This document shows positions 1 to 8,584 of a stretch of 64,000 bases of DNA, one piece after another. Every line of letters starts with the position of its first letter. Within the stretch, counting starts at the first letter, position 1. The translations under genes and the position numbers were made by a program. Source of the DNA: an uncultured Verrucomicrobiae bacterium. Its GTDB lineage: Bacteria > Verrucomicrobiota > Verrucomicrobiia > Chthoniobacterales > Terrimicrobiaceae. The notes under the pieces were generated by a model. The model saw nothing but the letters and a program-made list of their open reading frames with translations, had not been told where the DNA came from and did not search any database. Location: assembly GCA_963706955.1 (NCBI GenBank), contig CAVPOC010000006.1, forward strand, positions 64,001 through 128,000. Reading direction: 5' to 3'.

Positions 1-49
1 ACGGGCGAAATCCATCTTGACCTTCTCCAGATTTCGATAACGTGTTGGT

Positions 50-283
50 GTGGAATCACAGTCGTTACCATCAGTTCGCGTTTACCCGGAAAACGAAGTC
101 GTTAGCCGTCCAAACGCCAACACCGCCTATATCGCCATCACGGCTCTTGTTGTTCTTGCCTCAGTTTGCATCCTCTTGCTCACCAATAATCGGGCAGATC
201 TTTGGCCCACCGTCGCGATGATTGGATCACTGTGTGGCTTTGGCGCAATCATGTCGTTTTTTGTCACCAGGCCAAGGCCGTAG
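50..283 (+). CDS. small hypothetical membrane protein (2 predicted TM helices)
   Basis: 77-aa ORF with two hydrophobic stretches; TAACGT (38-43) lies 6 nt before the GTG. Confidence 0.55.
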   Translation: MESQSLPSVRVYPENEVVSRPNANTAYIAITALVVLASVCILLLTNNRADLWPTVAMIGSLCGFGAIMSFFVTRPRP

Positions 284-363
284 CTTAGTTGCGGCCTAGC
301 TTTGGCCGCTGGTTGCGCCCACCGAGACGGCCGCTGCGTGCCGTTACCAAGTCCCTTTCCGCC

Positions 364-392
364 TTGCCGAAGAGCGTGAGGCCAGATAGCGT
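364..392 (+). promoter_or_regulatory. sigma70-type promoter for a probably leaderless transcript
   Basis: TTGCCG (364-369), 17 nt, TAGCGT (387-392), 6 nt, GTG start at 399. Confidence 0.55.
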
Positions 393-398
393 CCAATT

Positions 399-830
399 GT
401 GCTTTCCGCGTTGGCTCCCTTGATTGGAGGTATTGTGGGGACGGCAGCCATGAGCGCGCTCCTCCTTTTGCCACGCTGGCTCGGCATCGGGAAGATTGAT
501 GTCATCCCGGCCGTCGGAGCGCTCATTACGGGCAAGACGGAAAACGCGCTGCCGATTGGCTACGTTGTTCATTTCACTTCCGGAATCATTTTTGCCTACG
601 TCTACTGGGGCTTGCTGCTTCTGATGAAGTTGCCGATCGTCTGGTGGACGTTTGGCATGGCCGGATTCATCCATGGCATCATCGTTATGCTCCTGGTCTG
701 CATTGCGGTGATGGAACACCACCCGATTGCCCGCTACCATGAAAGAGGCCCCATGACTGGACTGGCGCAGCTCTTGGCGCACATCCTCTACGGCGTCGTC
801 GTTGGATTGGTCGTGCATGCCTTGCAATGA
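399..830 (+). CDS. hypothetical integral membrane protein (4 TM, His residues in helices)
   Basis: 143-aa hydrophobic ORF (GGIVGTAAMS, GYVVHFTSGIIFA, LLAHILYGVVVG); promoter motif directly upstream. Confidence 0.75.
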   Translation: MLSALAPLIGGIVGTAAMSALLLLPRWLGIGKIDVIPAVGALITGKTENALPIGYVVHFTSGIIFAYVYWGLLLLMKLPIVWWTFGMAGFIHGIIVMLLVCIAVMEHHPIARYHERGPMTGLAQLLAHILYGVVVGLVVHALQ

Positions 831-866
831 GCTTGGCGGGTAACTGTGAAGAGTTAGGCTCCTAGC

Positions 867-2570
867 GTGATCTTCAACCAGCTCAAAGGCGCGGTGGAGT
901 TTGCTTCGCATCTGCCGCGCTATCGCGAAATCATTGCCATCCTCTGGAAGTATGGTTTTGCCGACGTGTTGAGACTCGTGGCGCTTCAACGTGTCCTCGG
1001 CATTGAGGACGCCACGATTGCTGTTCATGAGGAAGGCTTGCTCGCAAAGCCGGTTCCCGAGAGAGTCCGCCTCGCGCTCGGCGAGCTGGGGCCGACCTTT
1101 GTGAAGTTCGGTCAAATTGTTAGCTCGCGTCGCGATCTTGTCACCGATGAGTACTACGTCGAGTTGCGCAAACTGCAGACACAGGTGCCGCCCTTTCCGG
1201 CCGCCGAAGCGAAGGCAATTATCGCCGAAGAGCTGGGCCGGCCGATTTCGGAAGTCTTCAAGCGATTCCAGGATAAACCGGTCGGGAGCGCTTCGATCGC
1301 CCAAGTCCACGCCGCGCGGTTGTCCGACGGCACCAAAGTGGCGGTGAAGGTGCAACGTCCGAATATTGAGGAAGTCATCGAGCTGGATCTGGCTATGCTT
1401 CTCGACCTGGCGCGGTTCATGGAGCGGCACGTTCCCGAAATCTCGGGCGTCAACCCGATCGCGGTGGTCGCGGAGTTTTCTTCCATTCTGCGCAAGGAAC
1501 TCGACTTCAATAACGAGGGGCTAAACATCGAGCGATTCGGAGCGCAGTTTGCGGATAATCCGTGGATCAAAGTACCCACGCTCTATCGCGAGCTCACGAC
1601 CCCACGCGTTTTGACGATGGAGTTCTTGTCAGGCAGGAACGTCATGGATGTCGCCGCATTGGAACGGAAGGGTATCGATCCGGCCGAGCTCGCCGAACAC
1701 ATCACCGAGCTCATTTATCTGCAAATCTTCGAATATGGGTTCTTTCATGGCGATCCACATCCGGGCAACATGCTGGTTCTACCCGGCGGCGTCACCGGCC
1801 TGCTCGACTATGGGATGATGGGGACATTCTCGCCTCCTTTTCGTTCAAGCGTGGCCCACCTCATTGCAGGCCTGGCTGAACGCGATCACCAACAGGTGAT
1901 GGACTCGATTCTCGAGATGAGTGAAGAGGGGTTCGCGAGCAATTCTGGCAAGATGCTGACCGACGTGGAAACCTTTACCGAAGCACATCTCAACCAGCCT
2001 CTGCGGGATATCAACCTCGGCGAGGTCCTCAACAAGCTCCTCGAGATGCTCCGAAACAACCGGCTCCGCATGAAGGGGAGTTTTTATCTCGGGATCAAGG
2101 CGCTTACACAAGTGGAAGCAATCGGCCGTTCATTGCACCCCGATCTTAACTTCGTCAAACTCGGCGAACCCTATGCACTGCGGCAGATCGAGGGGAAATA
2201 TCACCCCACCCGGATCTTTTTGCTTGCTCGCAAGCTCTTTGGCGAAGGCCTCGATTTTCTTGAGGACTTCCCGCATGACTTTCGCCAGCTCTACCAGCGC
2301 ATCAAGCATGGCAAGATCAATATTCCACTCGAGCACAAGATCGATCCGGAAGGCTTCGAGCCATTGCGCAAGACTCTCGATTCAATCGCCAACCGACTGA
2401 CCAATGCCATCGTGACTGCCTCTGTGCTGATCTGCTCGAGCATCCTCGTTCTCTCCGGCCTTCCCCCGAAACTCTGGGGAGTTCCTATTGTTGGGCTCGC
2501 CGGCCTTATTTGGGGGACGTTCATGTGCCTGCGGCTGGTCCTCTCGATCTGGAAACACGGCGGTCTCTAG
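867..2570 (+). CDS. AarF/ABC1/UbiB-family atypical kinase
   Basis: LGPTFVKFGQ, ASIAQVH, VAVKVQRP, FFHGDPHPGN, LLDYGMMG motifs; two C-terminal TM helices. Confidence 0.92.
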   Translation: MIFNQLKGAVEFASHLPRYREIIAILWKYGFADVLRLVALQRVLGIEDATIAVHEEGLLAKPVPERVRLALGELGPTFVKFGQIVSSRRDLVTDEYYVELRKLQTQVPPFPAAEAKAIIAEELGRPISEVFKRFQDKPVGSASIAQVHAARLSDGTKVAVKVQRPNIEEVIELDLAMLLDLARFMERHVPEISGVNPIAVVAEFSSILRKELDFNNEGLNIERFGAQFADNPWIKVPTLYRELTTPRVLTMEFLSGRNVMDVAALERKGIDPAELAEHITELIYLQIFEYGFFHGDPHPGNMLVLPGGVTGLLDYGMMGTFSPPFRSSVAHLIAGLAERDHQQVMDSILEMSEEGFASNSGKMLTDVETFTEAHLNQPLRDINLGEVLNKLLEMLRNNRLRMKGSFYLGIKALTQVEAIGRSLHPDLNFVKLGEPYALRQIEGKYHPTRIFLLARKLFGEGLDFLEDFPHDFRQLYQRIKHGKINIPLEHKIDPEGFEPLRKTLDSIANRLTNAIVTASVLICSSILVLSGLPPKLWGVPIVGLAGLIWGTFMCLRLVLSIWKHGGL

Positions 2571-2652
2571 CGAGAGGGGCAAAACGCCGGCGACGCCGCA
2601 GCAGATACGCGCTTTTCTGGATCTCGCGGCATTCGGCGATATAATACTGCCA

Positions 2653-3621
2653 ATGGACAGCTTTGGACGCGTCATCGATTATCTGCGGATTTCGGTAACC
2701 GATCGGTGCAACGAGCGCTGCCTCTATTGCATGCCGGAGGGCTATAAAGGGTGGGCGCAAAAGGGAGATCACCTCACCGCCGACGAGATTATTCGGGTGG
2801 TCGCCGCTGCCTGTAGCTTGGGCTTTCGTAAATTTCGGCTCACCGGCGGCGAACCTTGTATCCGCAAGGACTTGGTGCAAATCGCCCGCGGGATATCGGA
2901 GCAGCCCGGCGTCCGCTCTCTCGGGGTCTCGACCAATGGCACTCATCTGGCGAAACTTGCGCGGCCATTGCAGGAAGCTGGAGTGAACTCCGTGAATATC
3001 AGCGTTGATACGCTCGACGCCGCGCAGTACCGCAAGGTTACCGGCGGAGATATCAGGGCGGTGCTTTCCGGGATAGATGCGGCCGTATCAGCCGGAATTC
3101 CGCGCATTAAACTAAATTGTGTTCTGATGCGCGGCATCAACGAAGCGGAGATTTGGCCACTGATTCGGTTTGCCGCAGCGAGGAATCTCCCGCTCCGTTT
3201 CATCGAGCTAATGCCTATTTCCACTACTCACGTCATAACCAAGGAGAATTTTCTCTCCGCCAAGGAAATAGTGGATCGGCTGGGGCGAGAAGATAACCTT
3301 GTACCCTTGAAAGATTCGGGTCTCGGTCACGGACCTGCCCGCTACTACAAGCTGCTGCACGCCGGAGCGACCGTTGGTTTCATTGGTGCGCTGACGGATA
3401 CTGACTTTTGCGCGGGGTGCAACAAGATTCGGCTGACTGCTGATGGTCGAATCCGTCCCTGCCTCGGCCGCCATAATGAGCTTGACCTCGTCGGCACGCT
3501 GCGCAACAGCCACGGTAGCATCCAGGAGGTGCTGGAACGTGCGATCGCCGCCAAGCCGAAGGACCATGAGTTCCGTGAGTGCTACCAGCCGGGTCGTCCC
3601 ATGACTGCGATTGGTGGCTGA
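2653..3621 (+). CDS. moaA: GTP 3',8-cyclase MoaA (radical SAM)
   Basis: YLRISVTDRCNERCLYC, RLTGGEP, C-terminal FCAGCNKIRLTADG..PCL and terminal IGG; start placed at ATG 2653 (TATAAT 2640-2645 upstream) instead of 2488. Confidence 0.95.
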   Translation: MDSFGRVIDYLRISVTDRCNERCLYCMPEGYKGWAQKGDHLTADEIIRVVAAACSLGFRKFRLTGGEPCIRKDLVQIARGISEQPGVRSLGVSTNGTHLAKLARPLQEAGVNSVNISVDTLDAAQYRKVTGGDIRAVLSGIDAAVSAGIPRIKLNCVLMRGINEAEIWPLIRFAAARNLPLRFIELMPISTTHVITKENFLSAKEIVDRLGREDNLVPLKDSGLGHGPARYYKLLHAGATVGFIGALTDTDFCAGCNKIRLTADGRIRPCLGRHNELDLVGTLRNSHGSIQEVLERAIAAKPKDHEFRECYQPGRPMTAIGG

Positions 3622-3626
3622 TATCT

Positions 3627-3879
3627 ATGGGTCAGCTTCAGCGTCCTCTTCTTTGCCTCCGCCCGCCAAGCGGCCGGACGGTCCGACGCAACCGTCCAGT
3701 GCGAAGAGAGCGGAATCAGCGAGGCGGTATTTTGGGAAAGGTTGCTTGGCGATTTTCCTGCGCTCGCTTCGCTGCGAGGCTCCGTTCGATTGGCGAGGAA
3801 CTGCGAGTATCTTGCCGCGGGAGAACGTTTCTCGCCTCAGGATGAGGCGGCCTTAATTCCACCGGTCTCAGGCGGGTAG
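3627..3879 (+). CDS. moaD: molybdopterin synthase sulfur carrier MoaD (start codon apparently one base out of frame)
   Basis: Manual translation of 3631-3879: VSFSVLFFASARQAAG...VRLARNCEY...DEAALIPPVSGG*; lies between moaA and moaE; nearest ATG (3627) is offset by one base; not in the ORF track. Confidence 0.85.
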
Positions 3880-3983
3880 CTGCCAAGACCAGCGGCTGTG
3901 AAGAGGGAGTTGCGCCCGTCTGAGGAAGAATTGGTCGTTTGAGGACTTTCGACCGATCCAAATTTGTATGATCGTGCGCGTGG

Positions 3984-4367
3984 ATGCAGATGACGATTCT
4001 CTTCACGGACCTGCCAATTCGGATGGAGAATGTTTCTCCTTGTGACGGAGCCGGTGCGCTTATTGAGTTTCAGGGGATTGTCCGTGACGTCGAACATGGC
4101 GCAACCATCGGCGGATTGTTGTATGAGATCTATCAGCCAATGGCGGAGCGAATGATTCGGCGAATCGTGGAAGAAATCGATGGCCAACACCCGTGCCAGG
4201 CGTTCCATGTTGTTCATCGGCATGGGCTCGTGCCGGTAGGAGAGGCCGCCATTTATGTTCGAATAGAAGCAAGCCATCGTTTAGAGGCCATGAAGATGCT
4301 GGAACACTTCATGAATCGTCTCAAAGGCGAAGTTCCAATTTGGAAATCCGGCACAGTGCCATGTTGA
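3984..4367 (+). CDS. moaE: molybdopterin synthase catalytic subunit MoaE
   Basis: GALIEFQGIVR, LLYEIYQPMA, HRHG.VPVGE, ASHR..A, LKGEVPIWK motifs. Confidence 0.92.
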   Translation: MQMTILFTDLPIRMENVSPCDGAGALIEFQGIVRDVEHGATIGGLLYEIYQPMAERMIRRIVEEIDGQHPCQAFHVVHRHGLVPVGEAAIYVRIEASHRLEAMKMLEHFMNRLKGEVPIWKSGTVPC

Positions 4368-5533
4368 GTGTCGACCAGGTTTGCTCGCTGATCGACCGCG
4401 AAGTTCGCCCATTGCCGGCGATTCGATTGCCGTTGGCAGAGGCGCTCGGCCACAATCTTGCGGAGGAGGTCCGCGCTGATGCGGACATGCCGGCATTCGA
4501 CCGATCAGCTATCGACGGTTATGCTTTGCCCGAGGATGCGCTCCCCGGATGGTTTGACATCGCCGGAGAAGTCACGCCGGGCATGCCGCCATTTTCCGCC
4601 CCCGTATCAGGAAACGCCGTGAGAATTTTCACTGGCTCTGCACTTCCCGGATCAGGGGTGGGCCTGGTCATGGTGGAAGAGACCGAGAGCGAAGGGAAGA
4701 GGGTGCTGACACGAGTGGCCGCCTCGCGTCAGCATGTCCGTGCAAGAGGATCCCAGGCCAAGCGCGGCGAACTGTTGTTGCAGGCTGGGACCAGGGTCAA
4801 TCCAGGCGCCATCGCCTTGCTGGCATCCGTGGGTGTGACGAGCCCCCTCGTTTCAAACACCCCGAGAATCATGCATCTGGTGACGGGAAGCGAGTTAGTG
4901 CCAGCAGATGTCGATCCGCCGCCAGGCTACATTCGCGATAGTAACTCTCCTCTGGTAGCGGCTTTGATTTCAGAGGCAGGGCCAGCGGCACTCCTTCAGC
5001 GCCACGTTTCTGAAAACGTTGATGAAGCCGTTGACGCGCTGAAAACCTTTGACGGTGACATGTTGCTGATCAGCGGCGGCGCGAGTGTCGGCGCGTACGA
5101 CGGTTCGGCGCAGATCTTGCGGCGACTCGGCTTCGTTGTCCACTGCTCGAAAGTTCGGAGTCGACCCGGCAAGCCTTTGCTTTTTGCGACTCGTGAGGGG
5201 TGCGCAGCCTTCGGGCTGCCGGGCAATCCGCTCTCTCATTTTGTTTGTTTCCATTTGTTCATCCGACGAGCATTCGACATCATGTCAGGACGCGTTCCGC
5301 AGAGAATGATGCGTGTCCACATAGATGGCGATCGCCCGCCGACTGATCCGCGAGAAACATGGTGGCCCGCGAGAGTCCGCGCAGAAGGAGGATCGCTGAT
5401 CGCGAAGGCTCTTCCATGGAAAGATTCGTCCGATATCACGGGACTGGCTCCGGCGAACGCTTTGCTCAGAGTTGGCAGTTCTCTCACAAACGGCATGTTC
5501 GAGGCTCTGCTTTTTGGCAATCTCGAGCGATGA
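4361..5533 (+). CDS. moeA: molybdopterin molybdotransferase MoeA
   Basis: PAFDRSAIDGYA, RIFTGSALP, TGSEL, RDSN, SGGASVG..D, RPGKP, LPGNP; start at ATG 4361 overlapping the end of moaE. Confidence 0.93.
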   Translation: MLSVDQVCSLIDREVRPLPAIRLPLAEALGHNLAEEVRADADMPAFDRSAIDGYALPEDALPGWFDIAGEVTPGMPPFSAPVSGNAVRIFTGSALPGSGVGLVMVEETESEGKRVLTRVAASRQHVRARGSQAKRGELLLQAGTRVNPGAIALLASVGVTSPLVSNTPRIMHLVTGSELVPADVDPPPGYIRDSNSPLVAALISEAGPAALLQRHVSENVDEAVDALKTFDGDMLLISGGASVGAYDGSAQILRRLGFVVHCSKVRSRPGKPLLFATREGCAAFGLPGNPLSHFVCFHLFIRRAFDIMSGRVPQRMMRVHIDGDRPPTDPRETWWPARVRAEGGSLIAKALPWKDSSDITGLAPANALLRVGSSLTNGMFEALLFGNLER

Positions 5534-5976
5534 GCGAGTTTTCCCACCTGCAACCGGAAGGTTCCGTCAGAATGGTCGATATCGGTCACAAACCTGAGCA
5601 AGAACGCAGGGCCGTCGCCGCAGGTCGACTTCTTTGCCAGCCCGAGACACTCGAGGCGCTGAAATCCAAGGCTCTGCCGAAAGGTGATGTCATCGCCGTG
5701 GCTCGCATCGCGGGGATCCAGGCGGCAAAAAGCACCGCGCAGTTGATTCCTCTGTGTCACCCGCTCCCGCTGAACTACATCGCTGTCGATTTCGAGGTGG
5801 GAGAAAAAGCGATCTCGATCCGATGCGAGGTGGCCACGCGCGCTCCCACCGGCGTGGAAATGGAGGCCTTGACGGGAGTGACGGTAGCTGCGCTCACCTT
5901 GTATGATATGATGAAGTCCGCCGACAAAACCATGCGTATCGAAGGAGTCGAGCTGGTCAGCAAGACAAAGAAATGA
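5530..5976 (+). CDS. moaC: cyclic pyranopterin monophosphate synthase MoaC
   Basis: FSHL...RMVDI, KGDV...ARIAGIQAAK, LIPLCHP, TGVEMEALT, YDMMK; ATGA overlap with moeA. Confidence 0.95.
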   Translation: MSEFSHLQPEGSVRMVDIGHKPEQERRAVAAGRLLCQPETLEALKSKALPKGDVIAVARIAGIQAAKSTAQLIPLCHPLPLNYIAVDFEVGEKAISIRCEVATRAPTGVEMEALTGVTVAALTLYDMMKSADKTMRIEGVELVSKTKK

Positions 5977-6443
5977 AAGTGGCGCGATTAACGATCAGCG
6001 ACCGAGCATCCGCCGGCATCTATGCCGACAAGGGAGGTCCGGAGCTCGAGCGGGTGTTCCGTGAAGTGTGGCCGGAACCCGTCCAGATGATCTCAAAGAT
6101 CATCGCCGATGAGAGAGAGGACATCAGCCGCCTGCTCGTGTTTCTGGCCGACGAGGAGCACTGCGACCTAATTCTAACCACCGGCGGAACGGGTCCTGCA
6201 CGGAGGGATGTCACTCCTGAGGCGACCCTAGACGTGGTTCACAAGGAATTGCCAGGTTTTGGCGAGGCTCAACGAGCCCTTTCGTTTCGCAGTGTGCCGA
6301 CGGCCATTCTTTCGCGAGCGACGGCCGGTGTCCGCGGAAGGTCACTCATCCTTAATCTTCCCGGAAATCCTAAGGCTGTAGCCGAATGCCTGCCTCCGCT
6401 GGTTCCGGCGATCCGCGAAGCCCTGCGACATCTCGCTGAGTGA
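5973..6443 (+). CDS. mog: molybdopterin adenylyltransferase (Mog/MoaB family)
   Basis: TISDRAS.G.Y.D.GG, TTGGTGPA.RDVTPEAT, ILSRATAG, NLPGNPKAV. Confidence 0.9.
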   Translation: MKVARLTISDRASAGIYADKGGPELERVFREVWPEPVQMISKIIADEREDISRLLVFLADEEHCDLILTTGGTGPARRDVTPEATLDVVHKELPGFGEAQRALSFRSVPTAILSRATAGVRGRSLILNLPGNPKAVAECLPPLVPAIREALRHLAE

Positions 6444-6505
6444 TTCGCAACCCGCGCTATGCCCCGCGGCCTGGTTTGCACCGCGATGCAGAGTCGGTAA
6501 GGCTC

Positions 6506-6820
6506 CTAAACTTTATTAATGACGTTGTGCAGCGTTGACGCGCCTTGATCGAGAACTTTCCCGAGGGTCGACGATGCTTTCGTCAACAGAGTGTGGGCCT
6601 GTTGCTTTGCTTCGAGGCGTGTGGTGCGGGTAGTCTCAGCGCCGCTACGAATCGCTTTTCGCAAGAGACCCGCAGCCTTATCGACCAGTTTCAGCGCGTC
6701 ATTAGCTATTGCCTCCTCGCGCGGTCCGGCGGGCTTGACTTTCTTTGCCGCTGAGGTTGGTGACTTGGCTCGGCCGGTGGCAGACTTCCTGGGGGTAGTT
6801 TTCTTCTTGGTGGTAGCCAT
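6506..6820 (-). CDS. small basic K/A/T-rich hypothetical protein
   Basis: 104-aa ORF with MATTKKKTTPRKSA N-terminus and amphipathic helical C-terminus; clear promoter upstream. Confidence 0.75.
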   Translation of the reverse strand: MATTKKKTTPRKSATGRAKSPTSAAKKVKPAGPREEAIANDALKLVDKAAGLLRKAIRSGAETTRTTRLEAKQQAHTLLTKASSTLGKVLDQGASTLHNVINKV

Positions 6821-6826
6821 AAAGTA

Positions 6827-6855
6827 ATCTTAGTCAGAAGCAGGGCACTTGCCAA
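6827..6855 (-). promoter_or_regulatory. sigma70-type promoter, leaderless start
   Basis: minus strand TTGGCA, 17 nt, TAAGAT, 6 nt, ATG (6820). Confidence 0.6.
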
Positions 6856-6885
6856 GAAGGACCGCTAGCGCAATTATGAGATTGC

Positions 6886-7365
6886 ATGGAAGCGCTTATC
6901 GACCTCCTTCAAAAAAATGCCCTGATTCCGCGTGAAGATATTGCGCGCCTGCTCGACTTGACGACCGACCAGGTTGAGCAGGAGATCTCGCGCCTCGAGC
7001 GCGAAGGAGTGATCCTTGGTTACCAAACTATCATTAACCGGGAAAAATGGGATACTGACATCGTCACGGCCGTGATCGAAGTGAAGATCACGCCCGAGCG
7101 CGATGGCGGCTTCGATCGCATCGCTTCACGCATCGCCAAGTTCGAGGAGGTGCAAACCTGTTATCTGATGAGCGGCGGTTACGATCTTCTGATCGTGGTC
7201 GAGGCTGAAAATCTTCGCGGCGTGGCCGCATTCGTCGCCGAGAAATTGAGCACGATTGAGGCCGTGCAGGCGACGGCTACACACTTCCGCCTGAAAACCT
7301 ATAAGGAGAACGGAGCTTTTCATCACTTCGAACAGGCGCCCGAACGCCTCTCCGTCTCGCCATGA
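6886..7365 (+). CDS. Lrp/AsnC family transcriptional regulator
   Basis: N-terminal HTH (IARLL...RLEREGVILGY) and RAM domain (YLMSGGYDLLI); coupled to an aminotransferase as in Bacillus yugG-yugH. Confidence 0.9.
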   Translation: MEALIDLLQKNALIPREDIARLLDLTTDQVEQEISRLEREGVILGYQTIINREKWDTDIVTAVIEVKITPERDGGFDRIASRIAKFEEVQTCYLMSGGYDLLIVVEAENLRGVAAFVAEKLSTIEAVQATATHFRLKTYKENGAFHHFEQAPERLSVSP

Positions 7366-8543
7366 GCATTCGGGTTGCCGACCACGTGCGCGACATTCCG
7401 CGCTCAGGCATTCGGGATTTCTTCGAAATCGTGCAAAGCATGGGCGATGTCATTTCGTTGGGAATTGGCGAGCCGGACTTCGTGACTCCATGGCATATTC
7501 GTGAGGCCGCCATCTACGCGCTGGAAAGAGGGCGCACCGGCTACACCTCCAATCTTGGCCTTCCTGCGCTCCGACGCGTCATCGGCAAGTACGTCGCCGA
7601 TCACTTTGGCGTTCACTACGATCCGCTTGGCGAAGTGCTCGTTTCAGTTGGTGTCTCCGAAGCTATCGACCTGGCCCTGCGGGCTATTCTCAATCCGGGG
7701 GACGAGGTCCTTTATCACGAGCCGTGCTACGTCTCCTACAGCCCAAGCGTGATTCTGGCCGGCGGAGTGCCTCGTGCAATTCCCACCCGGGCTGGGGATC
7801 ACTTCGTTCTCCGGGCTGAAGCGCTGGAACGCTCCATCACGCCGCGCGCCAAGGTGTTGATGTTGAATTTTCCGACGAATCCGACCGGTGCGACGATGCC
7901 GATCGACGAGCTCGAGAAAATTTCCGCGGTTTGCATCAGGCACGATCTGACGGTGCTTTCGGACGAGATTTACAGCGAGTTAACCTATGACTCGGCAGCG
8001 CATCCTTCGGTAGCGGCCCTTCCCGGGATGAAGGAGCGCACCATTTTGCTTCATGGAGTTTCGAAAGCCTATGCTATGACCGGATGGCGAATCGGCTTTG
8101 CTTGCGCGCCCCAGCCGGTCATCGAGGCGATGATGAAGATCCACCAGTACGCGATCCTTTGTGCGCCCATCATGGGACAGGAGGCAGCCATCGAGGCGCT
8201 TGAACGCGGCGAGCAGAGCATGCAGAGCATGCGCCGAGAATATGAACTCCGCCGCAACTACGTCGTGCGCGGCTTCAATGAACTCGGTCTGGAGTGCTTC
8301 AAACCGCGCGGCGCATTTTACGTTTTTCCCAAGATCAGTTCCACAGGGCTGACCAGTCGCGAATTTTCCCTCCAGCTCCTTCGTGAAAAGAAAGTGGCGG
8401 TGGTGCCAGGGACGGCATTTGGTCCCAGCGGGGAAGGGCATGTTCGCTGCAGTTACGCTACCGGACTCAACCAAATCAAAATCGCTCTCGAACGCATCGG
8501 CGAGTTCTGCAGCCAATTAAACGCCAGCAAGGCTGCGGCGTAG
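7362..8543 (+). CDS. PLP-dependent class I/II aminotransferase
   Basis: ISLGIGEPDF, FPTNPTGA, SDEIY, GVSKAYAMTGWRIG, VPGTAFG..GEGHVRCSYA. Confidence 0.93.
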   Translation: MSIRVADHVRDIPRSGIRDFFEIVQSMGDVISLGIGEPDFVTPWHIREAAIYALERGRTGYTSNLGLPALRRVIGKYVADHFGVHYDPLGEVLVSVGVSEAIDLALRAILNPGDEVLYHEPCYVSYSPSVILAGGVPRAIPTRAGDHFVLRAEALERSITPRAKVLMLNFPTNPTGATMPIDELEKISAVCIRHDLTVLSDEIYSELTYDSAAHPSVAALPGMKERTILLHGVSKAYAMTGWRIGFACAPQPVIEAMMKIHQYAILCAPIMGQEAAIEALERGEQSMQSMRREYELRRNYVVRGFNELGLECFKPRGAFYVFPKISSTGLTSREFSLQLLREKKVAVVPGTAFGPSGEGHVRCSYATGLNQIKIALERIGEFCSQLNASKAAA

Positions 8544-8584
8544 ATCTAGGCCGGAGAAGAAAGTTTGCATCGGGATGGGGGTCG

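Noticed and set aside
285..1430. 381-aa minus-strand ORF and other long antisense ORFs (e.g. 29895-30632, 31587-32744, 17298-18131, 62013-63002)
   Set aside because: Shadow ORFs opposite well-supported genes; expected from codon bias in GC-rich DNA; no motifs.
3619..3660. Selenocysteine insertion at the moaA UGA
   Set aside because: Only a weak hairpin with no apical G follows; the position is not a Cys-equivalent site and MoaA needs a free GG terminus; a one-base insertion is simpler.
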